DNA of 64,000 bases, taken from assembly GCA_042408535.1 (NCBI GenBank), contig JBHORA010000039.1:3419-67418 (forward strand), written 5' to 3'. Source of the DNA: Chloroflexota bacterium. GTDB lineage: Bacteria; Chloroflexota; Limnocylindria; Limnocylindrales; CSP1-4. Position numbers and translations under genes: made by a program. The first letter of the stretch is position 1; the number at the start of each line of letters is the position of its first letter. Shown piece after piece: positions 35,060 through 44,503 of this stretch. The notes beneath the pieces are model-generated. The model had not been told where the DNA came from. It saw only the letters and a program-made list of their open reading frames with translations, and did no database searches.

Positions 35060-36244
35060 TCACGGGGTCGGGCGGGCGACAGTCGCGTCCCGTCCCCGAG
35101 CGACCGCCTCGAGCTCGAGGCGGATGGTGGCCAAGAGACCCGACGGCGAGAGCTCGTATGCCTCGCCGTTCACCGTCGCCTCGACTCGGCCGACCTGCCC
35201 GTCGGCGAAGACCCAGTAGTCGAGCTCCCCGCGCCAGCGTCGGAGCGAGGCGTCGCCGACGAGAAGCCAGAGCGGCCAGACGGCGGACCGGAAGGTCGGC
35301 CCGTCGATGGCGATCCGGCAGTGCCGGGCCCGGGCCCCGCCGACGGTGGCGATGCCGAAGTCCTCGGCCGGGGTTCGGTTCCCCGGGGCGAGGGCCACCG
35401 CCACGATCTGGCGGTCGAGGTCGGCCCCCGCCACCTCCGCCGGGTCGACGCGGAACCAGCCGATCCGAGGCAGCGCCCGCCAGGCCTCGCTCCCGACCCG
35501 AGCGGCGCCGTACGTCCCCAACGCGATCGAGGTCGCCGCGTAGCCGCTCCATCGGAAGTCGTCCCCGACCCGGAGCCCGGCGATGTCGACCTCGCCGATC
35601 GGTCGGAGATCGACTTCGCCTGACAGGCGCAGGCTCAGGCGGGCGCTCGGGCTGGCGGCGAGATCGGCATGGCAGGCGGGCGGCTCGAGGGACGGATCCG
35701 TGGGACCGTACACAGAGCCCGGGACGGGGCGATCCCGAAGCGCGAGGTCGTTCGCCACCGCCGTCGCCGCGACGGCTGAAGCCGCGGTGATGGTGAGGGC
35801 GGCCCCGATGGCCGAGCCGACGACGAGACGTCGCCGCCTGCCGGCGCCCCAGCCCAGGATCCGCCGGGCGAGGCCGAAGCCCGCGAAGAGACTCGTCGCG
35901 GCGAGGGCAAGGAGCCACGGGTAGGCGGCCTCGACGGACGGGAGGAGGGTCTGCGGCCCGCCTCGGGCGAGGCGGAGGACGAGCCCGCCAATGGACGGAA
36001 CGAGGAGGAGCAGACCGAGGGTCCCGAGGGTGACGATGGACGGGAAGGCGAGGCGTCCGCGGGGGACCGGTGGCCAGCGCAGGCCGCTGGCAGCGATGGC
36101 GGTCGGCAGGCAGGCGGCGAGGCCGACGAGGAGGTCGATCGGGCCGCCGGGCCGGTAGCCGACGAGGACGAGGAGACCACTCGCCGCCCAGCCGCCGGTC
36201 AGGGCCGCCGCGAGAAGGCGGAGCTCGAACTGGCGAACGCGCAT
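35060..36244 (-). CDS. membrane protein with a C-terminal extracytoplasmic domain, unknown function
   Basis: About 5 N-terminal TM helices, then a soluble domain (..DFRWSGYAATSIALGTYGAARVGSEAWRAL..) of normal composition. Confidence 0.65.
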   Translation of the reverse strand: MRVRQFELRLLAAALTGGWAASGLLVLVGYRPGGPIDLLVGLAACLPTAIAASGLRWPPVPRGRLAFPSIVTLGTLGLLLLVPSIGGLVLRLARGGPQTLLPSVEAAYPWLLALAATSLFAGFGLARRILGWGAGRRRRLVVGSAIGAALTITAASAVAATAVANDLALRDRPVPGSVYGPTDPSLEPPACHADLAASPSARLSLRLSGEVDLRPIGEVDIAGLRVGDDFRWSGYAATSIALGTYGAARVGSEAWRALPRIGWFRVDPAEVAGADLDRQIVAVALAPGNRTPAEDFGIATVGGARARHCRIAIDGPTFRSAVWPLWLLVGDASLRRWRGELDYWVFADGQVGRVEATVNGEAYELSPSGLLATIRLELEAVARGRDATVARPTP

Positions 36245-36340
36245 CGCCGGGCGAGTGTATCGGCTCTGCTGGTCCCCGCCGATCGTGCCGCGCTCGATGG
36301 GCCAGGCCGTCGATCCGCCGCCGGAGCTGGGAGGAGGGGG

Positions 36341-37024
36341 TCAGTCGAGCCCCAGCACGAAGTCCGCGGCAGCGACGACGTGCGGATCGTGGGATGCAAC
36401 GAGGATGGCATGCCCCGCGTCGCGGAGCTCCCGGAGGAGCTGCACGATCTGATCTGCACTGGCTCGGTCGAGGCTCGCCGTCGGCTCGTCGATCAAGAGG
36501 AGTGGCGGATCACCGTTCAAGGCTCGGGCGATGGCGACACGCTGCTGTTCGCCAGCGGAGAGCTGGCTCGGGAAGTGATCCGCTCTTCCATCGAGACCCA
36601 CCCGTTTCAGGAGTTCCCGCACGCCAGCTGGATTGTTGCTCAGCGACCCATCGGCCCCCCTGGCGAGGGCGACGTTCTCCGCTGCGGTGAGCGACGGGAC
36701 GAGACCTCCGTGTTGGAACACGAAGCCGATGAAGCCTCGACGCAAGCGCTGGATCTCAGCCTCCGGGAGTCCCTCGATGGGCCTCGAACGCCACAGGACC
36801 CTCCCCTCCGTCGGCCGGAGGAAGCCGGCGCAGAGCAGGAGCAGCGATGTCTTGCCCGAGCCCGAGCGCCCGGCGACGCACGCCAACGTTCTCGATGAAA
36901 GGCTGAGCTCCACGTGGCGAAGGACTCGGATCACCACTCCGCGGCTCGGGCCCTGGTACTCCAGGCCGAGGTCATGCACCTCGAGGAGAGGTTCGGAACT
37001 CGCCACGAAATCGCCCTCGGTCAC
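36341..37024 (-). CDS. ABC transporter ATP-binding protein (MacB/LolD-like)
   Basis: [42 protein letters not shown] overlap with the permease stop. Confidence 0.9.
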   Translation of the reverse strand: MTEGDFVASSEPLLEVHDLGLEYQGPSRGVVIRVLRHVELSLSSRTLACVAGRSGSGKTSLLLLCAGFLRPTEGRVLWRSRPIEGLPEAEIQRLRRGFIGFVFQHGGLVPSLTAAENVALARGADGSLSNNPAGVRELLKRVGLDGRADHFPSQLSAGEQQRVAIARALNGDPPLLLIDEPTASLDRASADQIVQLLRELRDAGHAILVASHDPHVVAAADFVLGLD

Positions 37025-39792
37025 GGCCGTTGCATCGGGTCGACGACGAGGCCGACGAGGAGCGGCCCGACGACTCCCAGGATTGGGCTGATGATGATCG
37101 TCGCGGCGACGATCAGGACGGGACTCGCGGCACCGATGGCCGTCGCGGTCGCACCGCTCATCGCCGCGCCGACAGCGGCCGCCGGCAGCGAGAGGACGGC
37201 TCCCGCCGCGAGTCGCGTTCCGAGAACCTGGGAGCGGGTCCAGCCCGCGGCGATGAGCGCGGCTGCCTCCCCCGCCCGAGCGCGAGCGTCCAGGCGCCAC
37301 ATGGCGGCGAGGGCCACGGCGTTGGCGGCGACGGCGGCGGCGAGGGTCAGCAGGAGGGACGGCTCGATGATCTGCAAGACGGCCGAGGCCAGCCTCGTTG
37401 GACCAGCCCTCAAACCTGCCTCTGCCACCACGCCACCGACGAGCGAGAGCGCCGATGCCGCCGCTCCAAGCCCGAGGACCAGGATGAGCGATCTCGTTAG
37501 ACTGGCGATGACGTTGCGGATCCCGAGCGTTACGGGCCCGCGGGCGGCCGGCAGACGGGGCGTCCGAGGGTTGACGTCGCCGGCCTGAACAAGAGCGCCG
37601 CTGGCCTCGATCCGCGTGTCGGTCAAGTGCAACCCCAGGGCGGGTGCCGCAACGACCCCGAAAGCCACCACGACGACGGCTGCCCCGGCAGGGATGGTGG
37701 TGCCCTGCGCGATCCACACGACGAGCCCGAGCCCGAGGACGATGATCCCCGAGATGAGCGCCTCCCCCATCACCCAGGCCCGGATGTTCCCGTTGCTCCA
37801 CCCCGACGCCAGGAGGATCGCGACTTCTCTTCGCCGGGTTGCGGCCCGTACCGCCTGGACCGCCGCGGTGGCGACCATGGCGGAGGCGAGGCCGATGACC
37901 AGGATCTCGAGCGCCCCACCGGTCAGGCCACGGAAGACGCGCTCGGCGGCGCCGAGGGTCGTCCACTCCTGGCGGATCCAGCCCAGGTCAGCAGCGCCGT
38001 TGTCGCGAACGATGTAGCCAGGGACGAACACGTCGACGGGCTGCGGCGAGGAACCTGCCACGATGTCGACGTCCAGTCCCATGGCGAGAATCGCCTCTGC
38101 CACGCGTTCGATCCGAGCGCGGCTCGCGGTGCTGAAGTCGGAGACGCCGGCCACACGGACGCGCACGGCATCGATGGGATGATCGCCGCGCAGGATGACC
38201 GCACCGCTGAGATCGGTAATCGCCAGCGGCGGGACCATGATCAGGCCCCGCGGGTTCAGGGTCGAAGACATCTCCACCAGCGGCCTCGGAGACGTCACCG
38301 GCGAAGGCGCCGCCGCGCCTCCCAGCCAAAGCGTGTGCGGCGGATCGTACGCGCCGAACGGCACGTAGGAGAGCGCTTCGGTCGGTATCTCCAGCTTCGA
38401 CAAATCGAACTCGCCGAGGGGGGCGAAGAAGAACGGTTGATCGCGTGGATCCTGGGCGGCGTAGCCCTCGGCCGCGACGAGTGGGACCTCCCGAAACTCC
38501 CGGTACGCAGCCTCACGGCCAGTCGTGATCTCCGGGGCGAGTGGATCGTTGGACGAGCGCTCCCCAGGAGCCTCACCGTCGGGTCCCACGACCCCGAGCG
38601 GTGCAATCTCAAAGGCGACAGTCGCGTCCGAGTCGGGCCTCCTTGGCACGATCCGATACTGCGGGCGCGTCGGGAGGCCCGCCGTGAAGTCGCGGAACTC
38701 ACTGAAGGCCGTGGCCGACTGCACGGTGGTGGTCCCCGGCCAGGGGAGGGCAGCTTTCGTCAACTGAAGGGGCCGTAAGGAGCCCGTCAGGTCCGTGTCG
38801 GCGACGCCGATGGGCGTGGTGCCGGGGCCGGCTTCGGCTAGGGCAGCCTTGAGGACGTCGGAGCCCGCCGCGCCCGGTGGGTAGGACGTCAGAGGGATGC
38901 CGACCCGATCGACTTCCAGCTGCAGCCTCAGCGAGGCATAGATCCGATCGCTCACGACGAGGGGGACGACCGGCCGGCCCAGGACCACCTCATTTTCCAC
39001 TCGAGAGGCAAAGCTCAGCACGGTTCGCGCAAACGCGTACTGGTCGGGAATCGACGCATAATCGAAGGTCCCAACGGTCCTCGAGGTCGGTGGGATCCCT
39101 GCGAGGGGCGCCAGGAACTCTGCCGTCGGCCCGAGGAGAGCCATCTCCGCGGCAGGATCCACGGCCATGAGGGGGCTCGCGATGGCCGGCAGGGGATGGT
39201 CGGAGCTGAGCTGGTAGACGATCGTGCCATCCGCCAGTTGACCGCTCGAGAGGCTCCCGAAATTCGTCGCCCATCGCTGGATGGCTTGAGGGCCCTCCCC
39301 CGGGCCGAGCAACAGGAGCCCGCTCTGGCGCTGTACGAGGAGATCGCGGAGACCGTCGTTCGTGGTGGCAGTCAGGCGGATGCGGTAGAGCGTCGGTTCG
39401 GCCGGAGGGGCTGGTAGATACACGACCGGGTTGCTCAGGACGTAGTGGACGAACCCGACGAAGCCGATCGGCGCGGCGATCTCGACCCCATCGATGCGGC
39501 GGATCGCCTCGAGCTGCTCGATGCTGATTCCGCCGGTGCCCGCGAAGCCGATGAAGTTCGGCTCGACGACCCCGTTCGTCCGTTCCAGGTCGAGATGTGT
39601 GCCCGGCGGTCGAACCAAGAGGTCGTACGCACCCCGCCAGTTGGCGCTGACCTCGCCCTGGATCCGTACGACGGTTCGCTCCGCGACCGAGGCCATCGAC
39701 GCTGTGACGAGAGCCACGACGAGCACCCCCAAGAGCACCGTCGGACTCCGGCGGGTCCGCTCCAGGGGGCCCGGGAGCGTTCTCTCCTGCAT
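37021..39792 (-). CDS. FtsX-family ABC permease with a large extracytoplasmic region (923 aa)
   Basis: N-terminal TM, a long periplasmic-type segment, and two FtsX-type 4-TM bundles at the centre and the C-terminus. Confidence 0.85.
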   Translation of the reverse strand: MQERTLPGPLERTRRSPTVLLGVLVVALVTASMASVAERTVVRIQGEVSANWRGAYDLLVRPPGTHLDLERTNGVVEPNFIGFAGTGGISIEQLEAIRRIDGVEIAAPIGFVGFVHYVLSNPVVYLPAPPAEPTLYRIRLTATTNDGLRDLLVQRQSGLLLLGPGEGPQAIQRWATNFGSLSSGQLADGTIVYQLSSDHPLPAIASPLMAVDPAAEMALLGPTAEFLAPLAGIPPTSRTVGTFDYASIPDQYAFARTVLSFASRVENEVVLGRPVVPLVVSDRIYASLRLQLEVDRVGIPLTSYPPGAAGSDVLKAALAEAGPGTTPIGVADTDLTGSLRPLQLTKAALPWPGTTTVQSATAFSEFRDFTAGLPTRPQYRIVPRRPDSDATVAFEIAPLGVVGPDGEAPGERSSNDPLAPEITTGREAAYREFREVPLVAAEGYAAQDPRDQPFFFAPLGEFDLSKLEIPTEALSYVPFGAYDPPHTLWLGGAAAPSPVTSPRPLVEMSSTLNPRGLIMVPPLAITDLSGAVILRGDHPIDAVRVRVAGVSDFSTASRARIERVAEAILAMGLDVDIVAGSSPQPVDVFVPGYIVRDNGAADLGWIRQEWTTLGAAERVFRGLTGGALEILVIGLASAMVATAAVQAVRAATRRREVAILLASGWSNGNIRAWVMGEALISGIIVLGLGLVVWIAQGTTIPAGAAVVVVAFGVVAAPALGLHLTDTRIEASGALVQAGDVNPRTPRLPAARGPVTLGIRNVIASLTRSLILVLGLGAAASALSLVGGVVAEAGLRAGPTRLASAVLQIIEPSLLLTLAAAVAANAVALAAMWRLDARARAGEAAALIAAGWTRSQVLGTRLAAGAVLSLPAAAVGAAMSGATATAIGAASPVLIVAATIIISPILGVVGPLLVGLVVDPMQRP

Positions 39793-39816
39793 CGTCAGGA
39801 GCCAGGTTGGTGTGGG

Positions 39817-40173
39817 TTAGCAGGGAGTTCCGCCCGCCTCCGTCGCCCTCGTGTAGTCGCGAGCGTATCCGGCGTCGCTGTCCTCGACCTCGAGCAGCTG
39901 GGTGAACTGTTCGGTCGTGCAAGGAGAGAACGCGTGACTGTCTGACGAGTTCACGATATGTGTGGACGGCCACCAGAGCCCCGTACCGTCGCCCCGGGTC
40001 CAGAGAACCTGAAATGGACCGTCACCTCCCCACGTCAGGGTCCAGTGCGAGGCGACCCCGTGTGGGTGACGCTGCGTCTCGGGCTCCGCGTTGGCACTTG
40101 CGGCCAAGGCCACGGCGCCGACCGAGATGGCTCCCAATCCAGCCATCAGCCCGGTCAGGAGGCGATGTCGCAT
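39817..40173 (-). CDS. small secreted protein
   Basis: Signal peptide MRHRLLTGLMAGLGAISVGAVALAASANA. Trp-rich mature part. First gene of the FtsX/ABC operon. Confidence 0.65.
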   Translation of the reverse strand: MRHRLLTGLMAGLGAISVGAVALAASANAEPETQRHPHGVASHWTLTWGGDGPFQVLWTRGDGTGLWWPSTHIVNSSDSHAFSPCTTEQFTQLLEVEDSDAGYARDYTRATEAGGTPC

Positions 40174-40499
40174 CCCGGACCTCCGTCGATCTCAGAACAG
40201 CGGCGTCATGACGCCATGGTTGAGATCGAGCGTAACGCTCCAAAAGTCCGTCGTCAACGCACCGAGCAAGTAACGGAATACCGGAGGTTCGGTGCCTCGT
40301 GTCGAGGGAAACCCACGACGGGGCTCTCGCTGTCCATCCGGCGGTCGTCCGTGCCGAGAGTACCGGTCCCTCCCGGACCTTGGGGCCATCGAACATCGCT
40401 CCCGAACCCGGCACGATCGAGCCGACCGCACCGGACCGCAGCGAACCGGTCCGGCCCGGTCCGCGGGCAGGCACCCGCGAACTGGCAGGTGGATGCCGA

Positions 40500-40943
40500 A
40501 TGATCGACGAGCGACGAACCGAGGGGCCACTCGACCCGGCGCCTTCGACCCGCAGCAGCGCTGTCGGCTCGCAGCGCGTCCGTCGGGGTCGGTCGTCGGC
40601 AGAAACCCGCCAGCCGGGGTCGGGGCGCAGTGGAGGCCGGCGGCCGCCACGGCCGGGAGCGCCGACAGCCGTCGCCGGACAAGCCGATCGGCCCGGGACG
40701 CCGCCGACGAGGAGCCTGGCACCGACGCAGGCCATCTTCCGGCTCCTCCTCCTCCGTGGGCTTTCGGAGACCGAAGCGGCGAACCTCACCGCCTTCCTCT
40801 GCGGGCTCCCGGTCGGAGAGCGGCCCTGGCAGCTCCGCGAAGTGAACCAGCTCCTCTTCCTCCGCGAGCTCCATCGTCGCGGCCTCTTCGAGCGGGGCGA
40901 GGTCCCGCCGGGGCTCGACGTGACCCCACCGCCGCTCGCCTGA
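40500..40943 (+). CDS. hypothetical protein (only the C-terminal ~65 aa look protein-like)
   Basis: ...IFRLLLLRGLSETEAANLTAFLCGLPVGERPWQLREVNQLLFLRELHRRGLFERGE. The N-terminal half is Arg/Pro-rich and the start is uncertain. Confidence 0.35.
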   Translation: MIDERRTEGPLDPAPSTRSSAVGSQRVRRGRSSAETRQPGSGRSGGRRPPRPGAPTAVAGQADRPGTPPTRSLAPTQAIFRLLLLRGLSETEAANLTAFLCGLPVGERPWQLREVNQLLFLRELHRRGLFERGEVPPGLDVTPPPLA

Positions 40944-41028
40944 CCGCCGGTCCCACCCAGGAGGGACCGGCACGAGACAACTGCACATCCCGCCGACGGC
41001 GTCCCTCCTCCGCCGCCGGACCGACCCC

Positions 41029-41062
41029 CGAAGCGGCGCTCTCCTCCTCCGGCGCCGCTTCG
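41029..41062 (+). other. perfect 11-bp stem hairpin (CGAAGCGGCGC - 12 nt - GCGCCGCTTCG)
   Basis: Direct reading. There is no U-tract afterwards, so the function is unclear. Confidence 0.5.
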
Positions 41063-41136
41063 GGCCGTTCGCAAAGGAGCACCGGTGGCGCCCCTGTCGG
41101 CCAAGACGGTCCCCAGGCACCGTATCATCGGCGGCC

Positions 41137-42048
41137 ATGCGCCCCTTCATCAGCTTCCTGAGCGACTTCGGGGACGACGTTGCCGCTGCCGTCTGCCGAG
41201 GCGTCATGCTCGGCATCTGCCCCGAGGCGACGATCCTTGACCTCAGCCATGCCGTCCGGAAGTTCGCCATCGCCGACGGGGCTTGGCGCCTCGTCTTCGC
41301 CCTCCCCTACCTGCCCGTCGGCATCCACGTCGCCGTCGTCGATCCCGGTGTCGGGACGGAACGGCGGCCCATCGGCCTTCGGGTCGGGCGCGGGGACGTC
41401 CTCATCGGTCCCGACAACGGCCTCCTCGTCCCGGCCGCCGAGACCGCCGGCGGGATCGTCGAGGCCCGGGTCCTGGCGAACCGCTCCCTTTGCCGCGAGG
41501 CCGTCTCATCGACCTTCCACGGCCGGGACGTCTTCGCCCCCATGGCGGCCCACCTGGCGACGGGGGTGCCCTTCGAGGCCGTCGGCCCGATCGTCCCGCC
41601 GGCCAGCCTCGTCCGCCTCCCCGAACAGCGGCCGAGGATCGTCGCCGGGGGGCTCGAGACGGTCGTCGTCTTCGTCGACGGCTTCGGGAACGCCTACTTC
41701 GCCGGGACGCCGGAGGACCTCGAAGCGGCCATCGGTCCTTTGGCGCCGGGTCGCCGGCTCCGTGTCCGGTTCGGGGGTCTCGGCGAGGCCGCTGCCGAGG
41801 CCGCTGGTGAGGCCGCTGGTGAGGCCGCTGGCGAGGCCGTCGGCGAGGCCGTGCCTCCGAGCGAAGAGCGTGGGCTCGAGGTCACCTGGCAGCGAACCTT
41901 CGGTGAGGTCCCCCCGGGGGCCGCGCTCCTCTACCGCTCGTCGGCAGGACAGCTCGCCGTCTCAGAGAACCGAGGGAGCATCGCCGACCGGCTCGATCTG
42001 GCCGTCGGCCTCCCGGTCCGCATCGAGTCCCTCGACGCGGCGAGCTGA
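41137..42048 (+). CDS. SAM hydrolase / SAM-dependent halogenase family protein (DUF62)
   Basis: ISFLSDFGDDVAAAVCRGVM...VAVVDPGVGTERRPI...GPDNGLL...STFHGRDVFAP. Carries a (GEAA)n insert. Confidence 0.85.
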   Translation: MRPFISFLSDFGDDVAAAVCRGVMLGICPEATILDLSHAVRKFAIADGAWRLVFALPYLPVGIHVAVVDPGVGTERRPIGLRVGRGDVLIGPDNGLLVPAAETAGGIVEARVLANRSLCREAVSSTFHGRDVFAPMAAHLATGVPFEAVGPIVPPASLVRLPEQRPRIVAGGLETVVVFVDGFGNAYFAGTPEDLEAAIGPLAPGRRLRVRFGGLGEAAAEAAGEAAGEAAGEAVGEAVPPSEERGLEVTWQRTFGEVPPGAALLYRSSAGQLAVSENRGSIADRLDLAVGLPVRIESLDAAS

Positions 42049-42061
42049 CCGCCTCCCTCCG

Positions 42062-43855
42062 ATGATCGACCCGCGGGCGCCCCTCGTCGAGGTCGAGGCC
42101 CTCTCCTTTCGGTACCGGCGGGCGGCCGAACCTGCCCTCCGGGATGTCTCGTTCGCCATCGAGCCGGGATCGGTCACCCTCGTCGCCGGCCCCTCGGGCT
42201 GCGGCAAGAGCACCCTCATCCGGGCCCTGAACGGACTCGTCCCGCACGCCTACCCGGGCGAGCTCCACGGGGAGGTCCGGGTTCGGGGTCGATCCACGAG
42301 AGAGCTTCGGCTCCGCGACATTGCCCGGACCGTCGGCACGGTCCTCCAGGACCCGGCCCGCCAGATCGTCGGGGCGACCGTCGAGTCGGAGCTCGCCTTC
42401 GGCCCCGAGAACCTCGGGCTGCCGCCGGCCGAGATTCGGCGTCGCCTGACCGCGGTGGCGAGCCGGACGGCCCTCGACCACCTCGTCGGTCGCGAAACGG
42501 CCGCCCTCTCGGGGGGCGAGCGACAGCTCGTCGCCGTGGCCGGGATCCTCATGATGGAGCCCGAGGTCCTCGTCCTCGACGAGCCGCTGGCGAACCTCGA
42601 CCCGGCGACGGCAGACCGGCTCGTCGCCATCCTTCGCGGACTGGCCGACGAGGGTCGCGCCATCGTTATCGTCGAGCACCGGGTCGAGGAAGCCCTCGCT
42701 CTCGCCCCCGACCGCGTCCTCTACCTCGATGGAGGGCGGGTTGCGTATGCCGGGCCCGTCGACGGCTTCCTTCGGGTCGCCGATCCCGCAGCCGTGAAGC
42801 TCCCCTTCGAGGTCGTCCTCGAGCGGGTCCGCTCTGCTTCGGCTTCGATTGCCACGAGGGGGCATGTCGGCTCTCCCGAAGCGAGCCCCGGGGCAGAGGT
42901 CCCACCATCGGTCGAGCCGACCTCCGACGGACGGGCGAGACCGGAGGGCGCCCTGGGAGCCGACCTGCGAGGCGAAGCAGGTGACGGGATCCCACCGCGG
43001 CTCGAGTTCCGGAGGGTCGACGTCATCCTCGGTGAGCGCCCCGTCCTCTGTGGCCTGAGCGCCCGGTTCGGGCGACGGGAAACGATCGCCGTCCTCGGGC
43101 CGAACGGGTCAGGCAAGACGACCCTCTTTCGGACGGCGATGCGGCTCGTCCCGGTGCGGGCTGGCGAGGTTTTCGTGGACGGCGTCTCCACCGCGACGCG
43201 AACCGTCGCCGAGCTGGCGGCCGTCTTCGGCTTCGTCTTCCAGAGTCCGAGCCAGATGCTCTTCGCCCGAACCGTCCGCGACGAGCTCCTCTTCGGGCCG
43301 CGGAACCTCGGTCGAGCCGAATCGGCAGCCGAGGGCCTCCTCGCCAGGGTCCTCCGGCAGACCGCCCTCGACACGATCGAGGGGATCCTCGACCGACCGC
43401 CCCTCACCCTCTCCTTCGGTCAGCAGAAGCGGCTCGCCCTTGCCATCGCCCTCGCCCTCGAGCCACGGACCCTCGTCCTCGACGAGCCCTCGGCGGGGCA
43501 GGACTACCGGACGGCCCGGCGCTTCATGGCCGAGGTGGGTCGGATCGGTGAGCTCGAGAGCACGTACTTCATCACCCACGACGTCGATCTTGCATTGACG
43601 CACGCAGACCGTATCCTCCTCCTTCGGGACGGGCAGGTCGTCGCCGACGGACCCCCAACCCGGGTGACGGAGGACGAGGAGCGCTGGCGGACGTGCAACC
43701 TGCACGTCACGTCGCTCATGCGGGCGAACGCCCGGTGGCGCATGGGCGACGGGCGCTTCCTCGACGCGGAGACGCTCGCCTACCGCATCGTCGCCCAGGA
43801 GCGCTTGGCGGGCGGAGGAACGAACCGGGCTCTTGAGGAAGATCGGAGGGAGTGA
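42062..43855 (+). CDS. ecfA: fused double ATPase of an ECF (energy-coupling factor) transporter
   Basis: Two ABC cassettes: GPSGCGKSTL/LSGGERQ/LVLDEP and GPNGSGKTTL/LSFGQQKR/LVLDEP. Confidence 0.9.
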   Translation: MIDPRAPLVEVEALSFRYRRAAEPALRDVSFAIEPGSVTLVAGPSGCGKSTLIRALNGLVPHAYPGELHGEVRVRGRSTRELRLRDIARTVGTVLQDPARQIVGATVESELAFGPENLGLPPAEIRRRLTAVASRTALDHLVGRETAALSGGERQLVAVAGILMMEPEVLVLDEPLANLDPATADRLVAILRGLADEGRAIVIVEHRVEEALALAPDRVLYLDGGRVAYAGPVDGFLRVADPAAVKLPFEVVLERVRSASASIATRGHVGSPEASPGAEVPPSVEPTSDGRARPEGALGADLRGEAGDGIPPRLEFRRVDVILGERPVLCGLSARFGRRETIAVLGPNGSGKTTLFRTAMRLVPVRAGEVFVDGVSTATRTVAELAAVFGFVFQSPSQMLFARTVRDELLFGPRNLGRAESAAEGLLARVLRQTALDTIEGILDRPPLTLSFGQQKRLALAIALALEPRTLVLDEPSAGQDYRTARRFMAEVGRIGELESTYFITHDVDLALTHADRILLLRDGQVVADGPPTRVTEDEERWRTCNLHVTSLMRANARWRMGDGRFLDAETLAYRIVAQERLAGGGTNRALEEDRRE

Positions 43856-43857
43856 TC

Positions 43858-44418
43858 ATGGCCACGATGCAGATGCAACGGCCCGGGCTCTGGGAGGTCT
43901 CGTCCCGGGTCATCGTCTATGCCGCCATCGGGGCGGCCCTCTATGGCGTCCTCGGCCTCTTCAGCTTCGTCCTACCAGGGACGCAGAACGTTTCGGTCCG
44001 GCCCGCCTTCGCGATCGTCACCTTCTTCGGCTACTCGTTCGGGCCGATCGTGGGTCTCTTCACCGGCCTCGTCGGCAACGCCGTCATCGACCAGCTGACC
44101 GGCTACGGCTTGCTCACGGCCTGGAACTGGAGCATCGCGAACGGCCTGGCCGGGCTCATCGCCGGCCTCCTCGGAGCCGGGGCGTTGGCGACAGCGGGCG
44201 GCTCGAAGATCGTCGGCTCGGCGGTCGTGGCCGCGGTCGCGGTCGTCGTCGGCTTTCTCTTCGTCATCACCGACATCTGGGTCTTCGGCAACAGCCTCGA
44301 GACAGCGATCACCGCCAGCTACGTTCCGGTCGTCGTCGCCGACGTCATCGCCGGGGTCATCCTGACCCCGATCCTCGTTGCGGCCTGGGAGCCGTTGCGG
44401 GAGTCGCTCGGCCGCTGA
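43858..44418 (+). CDS. ECF transporter S (substrate-binding) component, specificity unknown
   Basis: GGAGGG 7 nt before ATG 43858 (an alternative GTG 43852 overlaps the previous stop). About 6 TM helices. Confidence 0.75.
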   Translation: MATMQMQRPGLWEVSSRVIVYAAIGAALYGVLGLFSFVLPGTQNVSVRPAFAIVTFFGYSFGPIVGLFTGLVGNAVIDQLTGYGLLTAWNWSIANGLAGLIAGLLGAGALATAGGSKIVGSAVVAAVAVVVGFLFVITDIWVFGNSLETAITASYVPVVVADVIAGVILTPILVAAWEPLRESLGR

Positions 44419-44503
44419 AGGCTCGGACCCTGAGCCGACAAGGCTCGCCAGGGTTTTGGCGCGCCATGGAGGCGCCGAAGGCGGCCGCCGCCCGGTCGCG
44501 ACG

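Noticed and set aside
40255-40335. Possible cobalamin riboswitch (GGTGCC ... AGGGAAAC) upstream of the region leading to the ECF transporter.
   Set aside because: The B12-box and the GCCACUG-type core are absent, an intervening ORF region separates it from the transporter, and the match is limited to two short words.
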